A stretch of 64,000 nt of DNA, taken from assembly GCA_964188305.1 (NCBI GenBank), contig OZ076896.1, one strand, 5' to 3'. Below are positions 1 through 13,802 of this stretch, piece after piece. The translations under genes were made by a program, and so were the position numbers. This DNA comes from Podarcis bocagei. Its lineage: Eukaryota. How positions within the stretch are numbered: position 1 is the first letter of the stretch; each line of letters starts with the position of its first letter. The notes beneath the pieces were generated by a model, which saw only the letters and a program-made list of their open reading frames with translations, was not told the DNA's origin and searched no databases.

Positions 1-337
1 TGTCTGGTCAAAGATCAATTTAAAGATAAGGAACCACAAGAAGGGAGAGCAGGAAGGGCCCAGAAGCTGCCCATTAACAATTTGCACCTGGACAACAGGC
101 TGAGAAGGCACCCAGTTCACCTGGACACATTGCACTTCTGTTGAAATGAGGCTATTTCTCAAATTTCAACTATACACATCGCATCCTCTCTGTTTTCTTC
201 ACGATGCCTAAGTAGCCACCTGAGTGATAGCCCTGATTTTACTCAGCAATTCTTTAACAATTATTATCATTATTTTACCCAGGCTTCTGTGAATAGTGTC
301 ACTGATTGCTTTGCTTTCACTCTCTTCCTTGACTTAC

Positions 338-375
338 GCATGCAGCAGTTGCAAGGAAATGATTTATTTGGCCGT
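338..375 (-). CDS. Candidate 38-nt coding micro-exon of an unidentified large gene (..RPNKSFPCNCCM..)
   Basis: Minus strand reads ttgacttcttcaaaacAG|ACGGCCAAATAAATCATTTCCTTGCAACTGCTGCATGC|GTAAGTc, a consensus donor and plausible acceptor. Phase-compatible with the 37-nt candidate at 19990-20026. Product not recognised. Confidence 0.4.
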
Positions 376-851
376 CTGTTTTGAAGAAGTCAATTTCGGG
401 AGGGGCAAGGGGTTTCTCCACACACTCCACCCTCCTCAAAACAAACTCTCACGGTGAACTGAAGTCTCTAGGAGTGTGGAGAATCAAACACTCAGAAATG
501 TGAATGGAGCCCTTGTGGCTTTCTTCTTGGTCTCATGTAGTTCTATCAGGGCTAGACATAACAGTAAGCTGTAACAACTGCCTTCAGATTTTGCGGTGGG
601 GAAAGAAGCTGTATTTTCCCATTATTAGAGCACGACCAAGGTCCTAATCTTGTTCTTTCATCTCGTTCCTCTTCTCTTTCACACACACTCCCATACACCA
701 GCCCCCATTTTCTCTCTTGTACATTCTGATGCATGGCATTCCATGTCTAAGCTGTTTATCCTCTCTGTGGCTTTGTGGTCGACATTCTACCTGCAGCACA
801 CCATGATTCCCATACCCATGTACCCATGTGAAATGTCAGTTGTTTGACTAA

Positions 852-1050
852 GGCCACTTTCACACCATACATTCAAAGCACTAGGATACCACTTTCAACA
901 GTCACGGCATCATAACAACCCCCCCAAGAATTATGGGAGCTGTAGCTTCTAAAGGGTGCTGAGAGTTGTTGGAAGACCCTATTCTCTTCACTGAGCTCTA
1001 GATCTCAGAGTGGTTTAAGAACCAATCCCTCTTCACAGGGAACTATGGAT
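852..1050. repeat. Unclassified squamate interspersed repeat, copy 1
   Basis: Shares gtgctgagag...cagagtggtttaa..caatccctcttc..agggaact blocks with 57855-58040 and 60995-61235. Confidence 0.55.
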
Positions 1051-1278
1051 GGAGAACAAGAGGCCACAGGGAACCATGTTTGGAAGAATTGTATGTGAGA
1101 GTTTTGGCTGATGCTGAAAGATGGAGACACAGAGGCATATCTTGCTCTGTGCTGAACCCAAAGGGGTGGTTTGTGGAAGTTTCAGTGTTACAGTTAATGC
1201 TGTGAGCCTTGCCCCCACCTGAGCCTATATGTGTGTAAATGTCAGGCTTCCTCCCCCCTTTGGCAGTAGATAAGCAGA

Positions 1279-1614
1279 CTCTTGAGAGTCCCATGGACTG
1301 CAAGAAGATCAAACCTATCCATTCTGAAGGAAATCAGCCCTGAGTGCTCACTGGAAAGACAGATTGTGAAGCTGAGGCTCCAATACTTTGGCCACCTCAT
1401 CAGAAGAGAAGACTCCCTGGAAAAGACCCTGATGTTGGGAAAGATTGAGGGCACAAGGAGAAGGGGATGGCAGAGGATGAGATGGTTGGACGGTGTCCTC
1501 GAGGCTACCAGCATGAGTTTGACCAAAGTGAGGGAGGCGGTGGAGGACAGGGGTGCCTGGTGTGTTCTGGTCCATGGGGTCATGAAGAGTCGGGCACGAC
1601 TAAACAACAGCAAC
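1279..1614 (+). mobile_element. Bov-B (RTE) LINE, 5'-truncated 3' end
   Basis: Encodes RVPWTARRSNLSILKEISPECSLE..LKLQYFGHL-like..DSLEKTLMLGKIEG, the typical Bov-B ORF C-terminus. Ends in a cacgactaaacaacagcaac tail. 7-bp TSD aagcaga at 1272-1278 and 1615-1621. Confidence 0.93.
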
Positions 1615-2371
1615 AAGCAGAACAAAGGGAAAGGAGTCTTCCTTACCAGTTAGAAACTTTAATGATCACAGTGAGAGAACAAAGAATCCATTTCCTAGGA
1701 ATGAAGGTGCTCCCAATTAAGGGTTCCACCCACTTCCTCCCTAGTCACCCATTTCTTGTAACCTGATCTCGTAACCACTGTGCTTTCTGTGCTGCCTCCT
1801 TATCTGCTCTTCTTGACCTTGGACTGAGCAGATGAATGCTTTCCAGAGAAAGTGAGTCTGTTAACTCTCTCCCTCCCAGTGCTTCTCCTCCTAGCTGTTC
1901 CCCACCCAGTACTTCCTAGTTTCTGCTTTCTGAACTATGTCCCTCTGCAAACCACTGTTCCAAATCTATACTGGCCTCCTGCTCCTGGGAAGATTCAGGA
2001 TCCTGATCAGGAGCAGGGGGAGGTTGAGGCTTCCACTATTCCTCCTCAGTGCAGCCCTCCTCAGCATGGTCCCTGACAGTATATAGGTATAAATGAAGCC
2101 ATATATCCTAAAGACACCACAGTGTCTGTTTACCATCATTCCATGGAAACTGAACTCGGGCTCAGCTCTGCAAACACTGGGTTCTCTTGCCGCCTGGAGA
2201 CAGGGGCACGTGTAACAGTATATTAGGCAGAATTAGCTGATAAACTTCCATGAGGACTATTTAAAACCACAAACCAGCGTGGAAATGTGGAGAACGGAAT
2301 TTAAGATGAGAAGAATGAGAAATGGACAGAAACCAACACTGCTGGGTTTTCCCATTTCTAGCTTTTGCATG

Positions 2372-2483
2372 GTCCCAGATTCAGAATCTGGCATTTCCAA
2401 GCAGGACTGGGAGAGAAGCTTGTGTGATGTTAGCGAGGACAATTCTGAGCTAGATGGAGTCGGTGGAAGGCAGCTTGCCATGT
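2372..2483 (+). mobile_element. Degraded tRNA-headed SINE fragment with ...aggcagcttcctatg-type tail
   Basis: ctggcatttccaagcaggactggga...ctgagctagatgga...aaggcagcttgccatg; same family as 27815-28160 and 30850-31045. Confidence 0.5.
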
Positions 2484-3096
2484 ACCATTGGGATGGTTGT
2501 TGTGCTTTATCAATAACACATGAAAGGTGCTCATCATCTACAAGTTTAGCCTTATAGAGCTTGTAATGGCAATTCTGGGGCTTACATCTGCGTAGAAATG
2601 TATAAGGTTGAGCTGTAAGCCTCTCTTCTCACCCATGGACTGGATATTATCACAGTTAGCCTGCCTACGAAAGGTTGTACTATGAATTAATCAGAGTTTA
2701 TAAAGGGCTTTGAGATGAAAATGCCATCCAAGATGTAAGTGTTGGCACTACCATCTTCCACAGGTAGCAGGTCTGGGATCACAGCCAACATGTAGCTGGA
2801 GTATGAAATATTTCTGCAACGCTAAACCACTCAAGACAATATTCTTCTTTTCTGAAATGTGTTGTTGCCTGCCCCTGTGGCTTAATTTTATTTCCGTTGT
2901 TGGAGAACAACACAGCCACAGTCTCTAACTCAGCATTTTCTGTTTGTTTTAAAGCACACACTGCCTGATAAACTGACCTTTGGTAGGAAGAATAAACTTG
3001 AAATCAGCACTCTTTTGATTTTGATTTTTTTGGCGGGGGCCTGGAAAATTACAGCTACAACTGGACTGCTTGTGAGGCAGTTTAAGAAGATGGCTT

Positions 3097-3125
3097 CACA
3101 CACACACACACACACACACTCACAC
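3097..3125. repeat. (CA)n microsatellite
   Basis: Seen directly. Confidence 0.95.
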
Positions 3126-3481
3126 TTATTCTCTCATATATTTATAAGCACTTACAAATATGAATGGCAGAGAGGTGGCTTTGACAGAGCCACATTGGCC
3201 TTGTGTAGTTGTTCCTTGTGAACACCCACCCCTCTCAGGGCCGGCCCATGGCAATTTGCTCCCTGAGGCAGAGGAGCAAATGGAACTCCCTCTTCAACTT
3301 TCATATATAGAGTATTGAATACCAGCCAAGTCTCCCTCCCGCAAGCTCCTCTCCCATGCCTTTACATCATAAATGCAATAGTAATAAACAAAATAAATAA
3401 GAACTTGTTGCCTTTTCATGACACCAGAAAAAATGGGGGGGGCACAGAAGAAATGCAGCATATTTCTAGGTAGGTGAGTTA

Positions 3482-3741
3482 CCGTATTTTTCGCTCTATA
3501 AGACGCACCAGACCACAAGACGCACCTAGTTTTTGGAGGAGGAAAACAAGAAAAAAAATATTCTGAATCTCAGAAGCCAGAACAGCAAGAGGGATCACTG
3601 TGCAGTGAAAGCAGCAATTCCTCTTGCTGTTCTGGCTTCTGGGATAGCTGTGCAGCCTGCATTCGCTCCATAAGATGCACACACATTTCCCCTTACTTTT
3701 TTAGGAGGGAAAAAGTGAGTCTTATAGAGCAAAAAATACGG
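3482..3741. mobile_element. Tc1/mariner-superfamily MITE
   Basis: 23-bp terminal inverted repeats (TIRs) ccgtatttttcgctctataagac / gtcttatagagcaaaaaatacgg with 1 mismatch; TA on both flanks (3480-81, 3742-43). Confidence 0.9.
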
Positions 3742-6164
3742 TATATCCCACCTGTTCAAGTATTTGAAAGAAAAATAACAGCATGTGTTAAGGGCAGGAG
3801 TCCAGCAATTGGGGGGGGGCAAGTGGGGAGGTGAGCTCCTTGTTTGAGTGTGCGCTTGCCCCCCGCTGCACCACCCATGCATGGTACCTACACTGCAGGG
3901 CATGGCTGGAAAAGCTTTGCCGTTGACCATGAAGGGGCATTCTGGGTCATTACCAAGTCATTGCCTGACAAAAAAATTCACCATTTCAGCATTCATAAAT
4001 AGCAAGGTGGCCTGCTTTGCTGTCAAGTTCAGTTATGGAAACTTGGCATTCTACCGTGGAGCCATGGCAGATCTATGGACTGAATCTGCTAATGGGAAAT
4101 TATAACTGTATATTTAAATGCTACTCAATCATAAGCAGAGAATTGCATTATGGCCAGACAAACATGGGGCAGAATGGATGCAATCCATTCTATAGCTTTC
4201 TATAACTCTTCAAATTATTTTTGCACCTTCTACTGTTCCGGTCTTTGTTGCAGAGAGAAGCTGAGTTATTAACTTATTTTAACATCTAACCTCTGTCAGA
4301 ACTGAACCAAGACACCTCAAAATATAATGATATAATATACAATGCTGAGGGAGCCCTCTATTTGCAGGGTGATCGGAGCCATGAAGGCTGGTCCATGTTG
4401 GCTGAGGCTGATGGGAGAGGCAGTCCAACAAAATCTGGGTGGCCAGAGGTTTCCCATCCTTGTCTTAGGATCTCCCTCCTCACAGAAGTTGGGTTTGTAG
4501 GCATTAACAGAACCAGTGTGAAAGTCTGGGAGGTTGTGCTTCCATCTGAAATGTGGGTCCATATCTCTCTAGCCTGTGCAGCATTTTTGTGGGAGGGGGA
4601 AAGACAAGAGGTGTTTTGATTAATATCCCACATGTGAGGAATCTCTTAGTATAAAGATGCAACTATGCAAAATTTTGATGCCCATATGCACGTCACTTAC
4701 ACCTGCACTATGCAGCAGGTAGCCAGCATGCACGATTTCCTTCGTAACGCATTGTGCTATATGTGCAATTTGTCAGGAATTGCTCCAGATCACATCTTGG
4801 GCTTGCATAGGAGTTGGCTTGCACACAGTGGCTTGGCCTCTAATTAGTAATCTAGGTGAGATCTTGAGATGTAGCAAGGTTGCACCTGGAGGCTGATGTC
4901 CTTCATTTGTCTGCTAATCATCACTCAGCGATTCAGGCAAGGTAAAGGCAATTCCCACACTATGTTACTTTTGGCTTCATTTCTTATATTAAACCCTTTG
5001 CTGCACATTTCCAATCTCAGGTTAGTTTTCTTGTTTTTGCCTATGAACCAAAACGTTACATAATTAATTGCTAATTGTTTTCCTCCCCCTTTTTCCAATT
5101 TCTGACATCCTCTGTGCATTAGGATGTTTGTGAATTTTAACAGTTACGGTATTCAAAACAACAGAGAGAAAGAGAGAGGGGAGGGGTGTATTTCTGGAGA
5201 TAGCTATCAGGTTATTGTCCACATCATAACTTCAGAAGACCCACATTACAATAAGGTGATGATGGACCTTATTGCCTATTCAGGTCTTTCTCCACAAACA
5301 CAGTGAATGTGCAGACACCCCCATCAATCTGTTGCAATGCTCATCTGAGATGTGTGCTCACACATACAATCCTTTGTGGGCAGGTAGGGTTCATATGACT
5401 GAGACCCCTGATTTTTTCAGCAGTCCTGATTGTGTGTACTCCTGCCACTGCACATAGGTTTGTACACATGAATGCACACCACATACACATGAGTCAATGC
5501 AGAGATATCAGCAGTTCACAACAACTGTACGTAAAACCATATATTTGGGTAACAGTTGTGGAAAGATGTTTCTTAAGTGCTTGCATAAGCCTGACAAAAT
5601 AGAGAAATTTTCAGTAGGCGTTTAAAAGCTTAAACAGAACATGCTTGCTGAATTATAACTTACTGTTTCTGAGAACATATCTGCTGATAAGTTTGTTTGC
5701 AGGGATTTTAGAAAATAATAAATCTCAACAAAGGTATAGTCTGGAATGCCCAAAGTTAGTCTACATACAACCAAATTCCATGCATGCTTACTCAGAACAA
5801 AATTCCAGTGAATTCAATAGATCTTATTCCTGAATAAGCGTGATCCTCCAGGGCTTAAATGCTGCATTATACTTTTTAGATATCACTCTTCTGTTGAAGG
5901 GTCAGCTGTAGATCAAAACAGGTTTAAATATACCCTGGCACCCTTCTATTGAGTCCCAAATAAGAATGAATTTGATCGCTGTCTTAAATGGTGGACTGGA
6001 GAAAAAACTATACATTCGTAAAATGATTTGGAGAGAGGGTTACCAGAAATCAACCAGGTTACAGTGCAAGTAGGATGGATCTTTTGAAGTCTCCAATGAT
6101 ATGTTCATATGGCTTTCCATGGACTTTTGCATCAAAACATATAATATATCTGTTAGAGCAATGA

Positions 6165-6358
6165 TATCCAGCATTGAAAGAAACCTGAGTTCAAATCCCC
6201 ACCCAGCCATAAGCTCTGTGGTGGACCTTGGGCTAGTCACCATCTCTAAGCTTAAACTACCTCATTTTTATCCGCTGTGTGGATAAAAACAGAGGGGGAA
6301 ACTTTGTATACCACACGGAGCTTTTTGAAGGAAAGGTCGGATGAAAATATAACAAATA
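6165..6358 (+). mobile_element. Old tRNA-CORE (MIR/Squam3-like) SINE
   Basis: B-box-like gagttcaaatcc, CORE-like gaccttgggctagtcaccatctct, A-rich tail. Confidence 0.6.
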
Positions 6359-9027
6359 GCATCCTTGTGATAATTCAGGAATTAACGGCATGGCTCAGCA
6401 CAAGGCAGCTTTCTAGGGTCGTATTATTGTTTCACAAATAAAGACCTGGGAGTGCCTTATTTTCCAGAGTGAAAGGGAGAAAGCATTTGAAGACCCTGAA
6501 AATGAATTCACTTCTCTTTCATTCCATGTCAAAACCTTGACTGTCTGATCAGTCTTCCCTCTCAAACGTCTGTCCTTCCCTTTCTGCTCCACAGTTTTGA
6601 GATCCTATTTTAACTTGGATCATCTCTGCTGACCTCACTCAGTAGCCCATTCTCTGATCCTATTAAGGTCACTCTGCTGTCAAGCTGCCTATTCAATCTG
6701 AAGATAGGGATGCCTGACGTTCAGAAGTTTGGATGAGTCTTGAAGTCTGTCTGGATAATCTTATCTGGCATTCATCCCTTTGAAGTTTGACTGTCCCTCC
6801 TTCCCTCCTAACAATTCAACCAGATTGTTCTACTTGTCCAACTGCATTTCCCCAAAACCTCTTTCCCTAGTTAAATTTCTCCATTGGTCAAGTATTCCAC
6901 ATAGGTTGATTCTTCTCCACTACTGTCAGACCCATATCCAAAATCTTCATTAATCATAGAGGCCAAAACCTTAATTAATTATAGAGTTGCTCTGGACATA
7001 TTTCATCACACCTGTAAGAAACATTTGAAAGTAAACACCCTGTCCCAGTAAAGTAATCTTTATTAAGATGGAAGCATCTTCGGACATCACAACTCTGGTT
7101 AAAAAGTTCTTCCTCTTAGGAACAAAGGAAACTGCCTTGTTCCGAGACAGACCATCGGTCTGATTCATCCTTTGCAGCCATGGCTTGAATTTGATTGGAA
7201 TAGCATGAATTGGATGAAGAGGACTAACATTATGAAGAGCACTAACATGATGTCTTCAGTGGCTTAACATCTGCTGTCAATTGCAGAGGAGCAGAGCCAG
7301 AAAACAAACAGGTAGAAACCCTAACTATGGCTGGTCCTCAGATGTCTGAAGCCTAGACCTTATCTGTACTTCTACTTTGCATATTGTCTCTCTGCTCCCT
7401 ATAGGGGTTTTCTTTAACATGCATTCTGCCGAGTTAAATTTATGATGAAATTGTTGAGTTTGAGCTGTCTAGATCTCAGCACTGAATGTTGCTTAGACAT
7501 GTTTCCGTTTGGGCTGGGGCTCATGAAGGGACCTAATTAATTTGCCCGGGCTCAATTCCATTTTTTAAATAAATAAAAAATCATATTCCCTTTCACTTCC
7601 ATATTTTTTGTCCCTCCCTCAATGTTCAGTGTAATTGGTTCTCTCTGCATCCAATCTTCTCTAGCCTGTCAACTTGACTCTCTCTCATCTCTTCCAGTGC
7701 AGTTCTTCATCCCTTTTATGTTTGCCAGAGCTTGCTATATTAATATATGATTGTGAGTTTTTTGTTTTTTTAAAAAAATCCAGCATCAAAGAAATGATTG
7801 CATATCCTGGTTGATCTTCATAATTCTCCTGTCTCGGTGGCAGTCATGTGATGAAAAAACAGCTGTTTATCTCAATTATGTTTTGATTGTTAATTAGCAT
7901 CTACCTGTCACTACTAGTCAATTTCCTCCAATGTCCCCCTCAGCTATTTCCTTAGCAAGTCGTTCACCTGGTTTCCATGAGAACTGTCTCCCTATATCTC
8001 TATTCAGTCAAATCTGCCATCCACTGGGTTGTTATTAGTGATGGGATTAGATCTATTATTCACATAGCATTCATTTTGGGGCTTCTAAAGTTCCATCATA
8101 TGCTGTCTCCTGAAATGCTTATATTTTGACTTATGTAACCACTTCTCCATAAAAAGGCCCAAGGACCCATCACACATGTCCTCCTTCATATAACGGCTTC
8201 CCACACTTAACCTTAGATTTTATTCTCTTCTGGAAGTACGGTAAATATCCTCAGCCTCCTCCTCCCCAACACTGCTCTTCTGGAACAATCGGCATCTAGA
8301 TCTTTGCAGTACAGATCAACCAGTGAACTTGATTGTAGGTTTAGGACAGACAAAAGGTGGACATAATTTACACAATGCAGAAGTATGAAAACATGCTGTT
8401 TGGAAAAAGCCAAGTAAAAGAACAATACTGTACATAATTAGCTAACAGAATCCACTTCCACTAAATGCGGTGGCAATACTAGTTCAGAACCAAGCTAGAC
8501 AATACGCTTGCATTTCCATATCTTTAATTTTTCAGTTCTGTTGTGCCACCCCAATTGTGGCACATCATCCTTGGAGGTTTGACTGATGCTGACATTTCAA
8601 TCATTTCGGTGCCAGATGTAAGCCTTCCTTGTTTGCTGATGGCATTTTACAGGGGTTACATTTTCCTGTGGTTTGCTTTTAGGTTTTCGCTGTTGCTTTG
8701 GCTTTTAATTACTTTGGATTATGCTCTGCATTCATTGTATTTTGTTGTCTTACACCACCCTGAGATCTATTTGGATGAATGGTGCTTTGGATGTTTTGGA
8801 AATACACAAACACATGAATACAGCAGTTGGGTACAATTCAAATCAGGACAATCTCACTGACAATGGCTATGAATCCATTTAAGATCATGGGTCAAATGTG
8901 ATCACATTTTAAAGGAGCAGCGACTGAGAACTTTAATCCAGATCAAGTCCAATGAGAAAAAGGCCACTGTGTGTAGCTTAAGGTTGCGATATTTCAAAAA
9001 GTGAAAATCCAAAATCTACACTTCTGG

Positions 9028-9144
9028 CATGGGTTGCCATGCATCCGGATTTCCCCTGACTTTTCAGTGATTTCCACCTGGACACTGTTTCCAATGGCCA
9101 AATCCCAGCTATGTCTGGGAAATTCCAGACATATGGCAACTCTG
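9028..9144. mobile_element. Short palindromic MITE (hAT-like)
   Basis: Ends gggttgccatg..ccggatttccc / gggaaattccagacatatggcaactc are inverted repeats. Confidence 0.55.
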
Positions 9145-12100
9145 GTGTAGCTAGAAGGAGGTTTGTTTCTTTGTTTTAAGTGACTTCATGGCAGACATCT
9201 GCAGAGGGATAACTGGGCCCTGGGGCACTGGCAGCCGGACCAGCCAGAGTCATTTTGCTGCTGCAGACAAAATGCCCTGATTCTACCACTGCCCCTACAA
9301 TGCCACCCCCTGCAGACCAAGACTGCCTCCCTTCACCCACTGTGATGTCCATGCTGCCTCCAGCCTCACCACCACAACTACACCCTCACCTGCATCCATG
9401 CTGCTACCACTATGCAGCAGCAGCAACAGTGAGGGCACAGTGGGTACCATGGCAATGGTGTGGCAGGCACAGTGGTGCCAGCAACAGCATTGTGGTGGTG
9501 TTGCAGGCAAAGCCCTGGCAGGGCTGGCATTGGCGCAATGCTGGGGGCGGCTTCACCTTGCCTCATGGATGGGCCTTGATTAACAGCTGCCCAAGAATGC
9601 TGCCTAATGATGCCATGCATGTTTCAATTGCTTTTCAAGAGGATCACAAAAAGCTTTTCAACAGCAAGCCTTTATCATTATATGTACAGAAGCCCAGATT
9701 GTTAGATGGAGTTAGCAAAAGAGAATACATTATTGAAGGAGTTGGTGGGCACCAATTCAAAAAGCTGATGAGCATCTGGGCCCAGGATACCTGCCCTAGT
9801 GTGTGCCAAGAACAGAGTTACATAACCAGGATTACTAACTCCAGAAGCCTAGTTTTAAAAATAAAAACAGAGCTTTTAATCAGTCTCTGGTTTGCCCTGA
9901 TGAAACCATCCATCACATCTGGTATCCAGGCTGCTGAAGTTTTGCCTATCTGGATTTCTGTTTAAGTATGATTGACTTGATTGAAATACCGGAATGTGCC
10001 ACTTTCAGCAAAAATATTATTTTCATTTTTGGCAACCATCATCTCAGATTTATTTTGGAAACCTTTCACTTATTACTCGACTGAGCCTCAGGAAGAGTGT
10101 TCCATTTTGCGGGTATTTATGCCTCTCAAGACCTCATCTGGGGACAAGGCAGAATGTAACCATTCAATACAAAGTTTGCAGACAAATTAGAAAGAAACTG
10201 GAAGGTAAAAAAGTAGCCTTAAGATATAGGGAATAGTTACCTTTTATTAAGTGGAGACACAGCCACATTTTCCCCCCTCATGCTCCTCTGAATGTGTTTC
10301 TTGATGACTTGTATTATGCCATCCATTTCGCTGCAAACTGTAGGGCTTGTAAATGAACATTTGTGCAGCTGCAGGTTTTCAGAGCAAATCACAGCAACTA
10401 CTTCACTCACACTGTTCGCCTGAGCTTACATTATGGATCTTAATTCCAGCAAATTGAATGCTGGATTAGCTTTCTGCCTTTCTCTTGCCCATGCAGTTAT
10501 AATAGAATGTTTGCCTTTCGAAAAAGCAACACTTGTGCTTTGCGTCAATCATATGTCCACTCTTTATCAAAAACACCCCATGAAACCATTTCCTCTAAAG
10601 TGGAAAACTGCTCCACGGATTGAAGGCAAGGATGGCGTCTGTATGATGCTATGGGCATTGGCCAGTAGGTGATATCCAGAGCCAACTTTTCTCAATTTTC
10701 AAATTGAAAACGTAAAGAATTGTTCCTGTCCCCCACCCCCACCAGTTTATCCTAGGAGGAAAAATATGTTTGCATCCACCCCACATCTGCACTTCTTGGA
10801 TAATATATAAGTCTCTGTTCCTAGTTCTATGGCCATTTGAACCTAGCATGGATTATAGTCATGAGGAACCGGGCTTTCTCAGTAGTGGCCCCTGCCCTTT
10901 GGGATTTGCAAGAAAAATCCTACAATGCTCCTCTGCTAGACAAAACTTGCATCTTGCAAGTTAATTTGGAGAATTAAGGTTTTAACTACTGCAATGAATT
11001 TGTGATGAACAATGTAATTGTTCCTGGGTGACACTGATTATGTGGATCCATGTGAATCTGGGTTCAGGATTAAATGAGCCTTGATCACCCTGACGGAAGA
11101 GCTTTATCAAGAAAGGGGCAGGGGGCGCACAACCCTGTTACTATTATTCAATCTCTCAGCAACTCTCCAGTCTTCCTTATGGTTCTTCTGTATTTCTATG
11201 TGTTATTGCACCTGCATATTCTTGGTGTTTTATATGAGTGAGAAGTCTACAAATATTTTTTTATAAATGAAATTTAAATAAATGTTTTCACATTATTTAT
11301 GTGTTTTGTCTCTCTTGCAAGCAGCCTTGGGGGTAAGTACTGGATGTGGTGCTAATACTTCATAATGATATACCCCTGCTCTAAAAATGTTACCAAAACA
11401 GGCCTGAAAACCATGGACCTTCTGATTTCAGAGATCTCTTCTGAAAAGACACCCAGCTCTCTGGCTGCGATTTCTGTGGTATATTTCCCTTCTCTGGAAG
11501 GCTGAGTCTACAACTTTCTGAAACATATAGATTAAATGTCAGAACATTTCTTTTAAAAAACAACTGGAATGAACTTGCTAAGTACCTGATTAAAAATCAT
11601 AAAATACCATCATGTTTATCAGGCCACTGTCGGGCCCAGTTCATCAAAAACAATTAGGCACATCAATTTTTATCCATTTGCTCATGTGTGCTATTAGACT
11701 AGTTTCCACTTTAATCTGTGAAATTCTGAGACAATGATGATAAAGCAAGCATGGTTTAATCGGTTCTGACTTTGCCGATGTGACAATACCTAGGTGAAGA
11801 TGATCACTCTTCAGATATACATGGAACATTTATGCGTTCTGTGAAGATTATTTCTGATAGTCTTTACTTTCTGCAACCAAAATGATTCTACATTCCACCT
11901 CTGAATAACTTTCCAGCATACCAGCAACATTTTGTAGTTTCAATCTTATGCGGCAGTGGGGTGTATGAGAACACTGGAAGCATGTGGGTGAAGGAAATCA
12001 TCAGGAAAGTTTGGGTCAGGTGGGAAAAGCCATGTGACTGGTGGCCCTGCCCACATGATAGCCAGAGAAGCAGGTCCCATGCAGTGTGGGATCCACTACG

Positions 12101-12157
12101 GACTGTTGTCAGAGAGGGGCAAGGAGAGGATCTATCACAATGCTATTGGGATTAGAC

Positions 12158-12408
12158 CAGGGGTCAGCAAACTTATTCAGTAGGGGGCCAGTCCACTGTC
12201 CCTCAGACCTTGGGGGGGGGCTGGACTATATTTTTTTGGGGGGGGTGAATGAATTCCTATGCCCCGCAAATAACCCAGAGATGCATTTTAAATAAAAGGA
12301 CACATTCTACTAATGTAAAAACACGCTGATTCCCAGACCATCTGCGGGCCGGATTTAGAAGGCGATTGGGCCAGATCCAGCCCCCAGGCCTTAGTTTGCC
12401 TACCCATG
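12158..12408. mobile_element. hAT (Charlie-like) MITE
   Basis: TIRs caggggtcagcaaact / agtttgcctacccatg; 8-bp TSD gattagac / gagtagac. Confidence 0.88.
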
Positions 12409-12972
12409 GAGTAGACTATATGTGAATTGAGTCCAATGATGCTTTTATTCCTGACAGGTGAGCGATTTTCTGGAATGGCTGAATGGGAGAGCTTCTTATC
12501 CTTTCTCCCTCCACCTAGCTGTTGATCACCGCTGCAAATGCTGTTTATCAGTCCAGCTTTGCAATGTTGATTCTTTTGAGTAAATGATGGCAAATTATTC
12601 AGGGTTTTCTCTGTGCCTAACTTCCTCACTGAAGACAGGCCATATGGTGAATTTCCATTTATATATATATATATATTCACCTTCATTTTCTTTCTTTCAG
12701 TGCAATAAATAATACCTGGAGAGATTCTCGAAGAAAGCTACATTTAAAACCAGGGGGAAGAAAAGAGATTTTTGTACCATACACACATTTTTGTAAACAA
12801 GATCTCTTGTGGGTGGAAACCAAGCATGGGAAGTTATAACTGTAAAAGGTGAAATGTCAACAAATTTACGAGGTGCTGCTAAAAGCCATTTTTAATTAAA
12901 GTGGTTTTGTGATTGTATTGCAAATAAATAAAACTTTGTGAAACACTTCTTCCCCCTTGACAGTGAGAGATT

Positions 12973-13068
12973 TGCAGCACAATCCTAAGCAAGTTAACTC
13001 AGAAGTAAGCCCCATTGTGCCAAATGGAAGCTTACTCCCCTAGTAAGTGTGCTTAGGATTCCACTGCA
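12973..13068. repeat. Short palindromic reptile repeat (caatccta...taggatt)
   Basis: Inverted ends gcagcacaatcctaagca / tgcttaggattccactgc; related copies near 59268-59342 and 59685-59860. Confidence 0.55.
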
Positions 13069-13667
13069 AGCGAATAACGAGTCTTGTTTTTTATTGGCTC
13101 CATTGCATTGATAGTTAAGTTCATTAAAATGATTTCTGGAAGTGATTACCTAAATCCAGCAAAGAGTAATTATGCTTAAATCCATTGGGTTTCTACAATT
13201 CAACCTAAATGAAATCACACCTACCACAATGCTATCTATATATTACTGCATTTTCTTATATTGTCCACTACATTTGATAGACTGGAGATAATTCAAATCC
13301 TTTCCTCGGCACTGTTCAATGGGTTCTTCCCCTGCACTCCCCGCCCCTGCCCAGGAATGTTGGAGAATTCTGATGGAAACAGGAGTGGAAATTACCAATG
13401 TTCGCTTGTTGGCCCCATGGCCAGAATGGAAATCATTCCAGAGAATACAACCCATATTCAGTTTGCAAATAATACATAAATGATTCCAATTCTTCCAGTT
13501 GAATTGTGTTGCCCTGAAATGAATTGGGTGGACTATAACATAATGACAATGTAATTTACACAATTAATTAGGTAAATTACTTAAATCACAAAATTTTGCC
13601 ATTGTTGGACAGCAAGACAAATAATGTAGCTTCGGTAGAAGACAAACTGCAGCAGAAAAGGAAACAG

Positions 13668-13802
13668 CAAGCATGGCAAATTTGGCCCTCCAGCTGTTTT
13701 GGGACTACAACTCCCATCATCCCTAGCTAACAGGACCAGTGGTCCGGGATGATGGAAACTGTAGTCCCAAAACAGCTGGAGAGCCAAGTTTGGCCATGCC
13801 TG
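13668..13802. mobile_element. hAT MITE, palindromic family (ggactacaactccc core)
   Basis: Near-perfect palindrome with caagcatggc / gccatgcctg ends; nearly the same as 28944-29079. Confidence 0.88.

Noticed and set aside
9255-9965. 236-aa ORF
   Set aside because: Non-ATG start, low-complexity GC-rich first half, no recognisable domain, and overlapping ORFs on both strands; likely a chance ORF in a decayed repeat.
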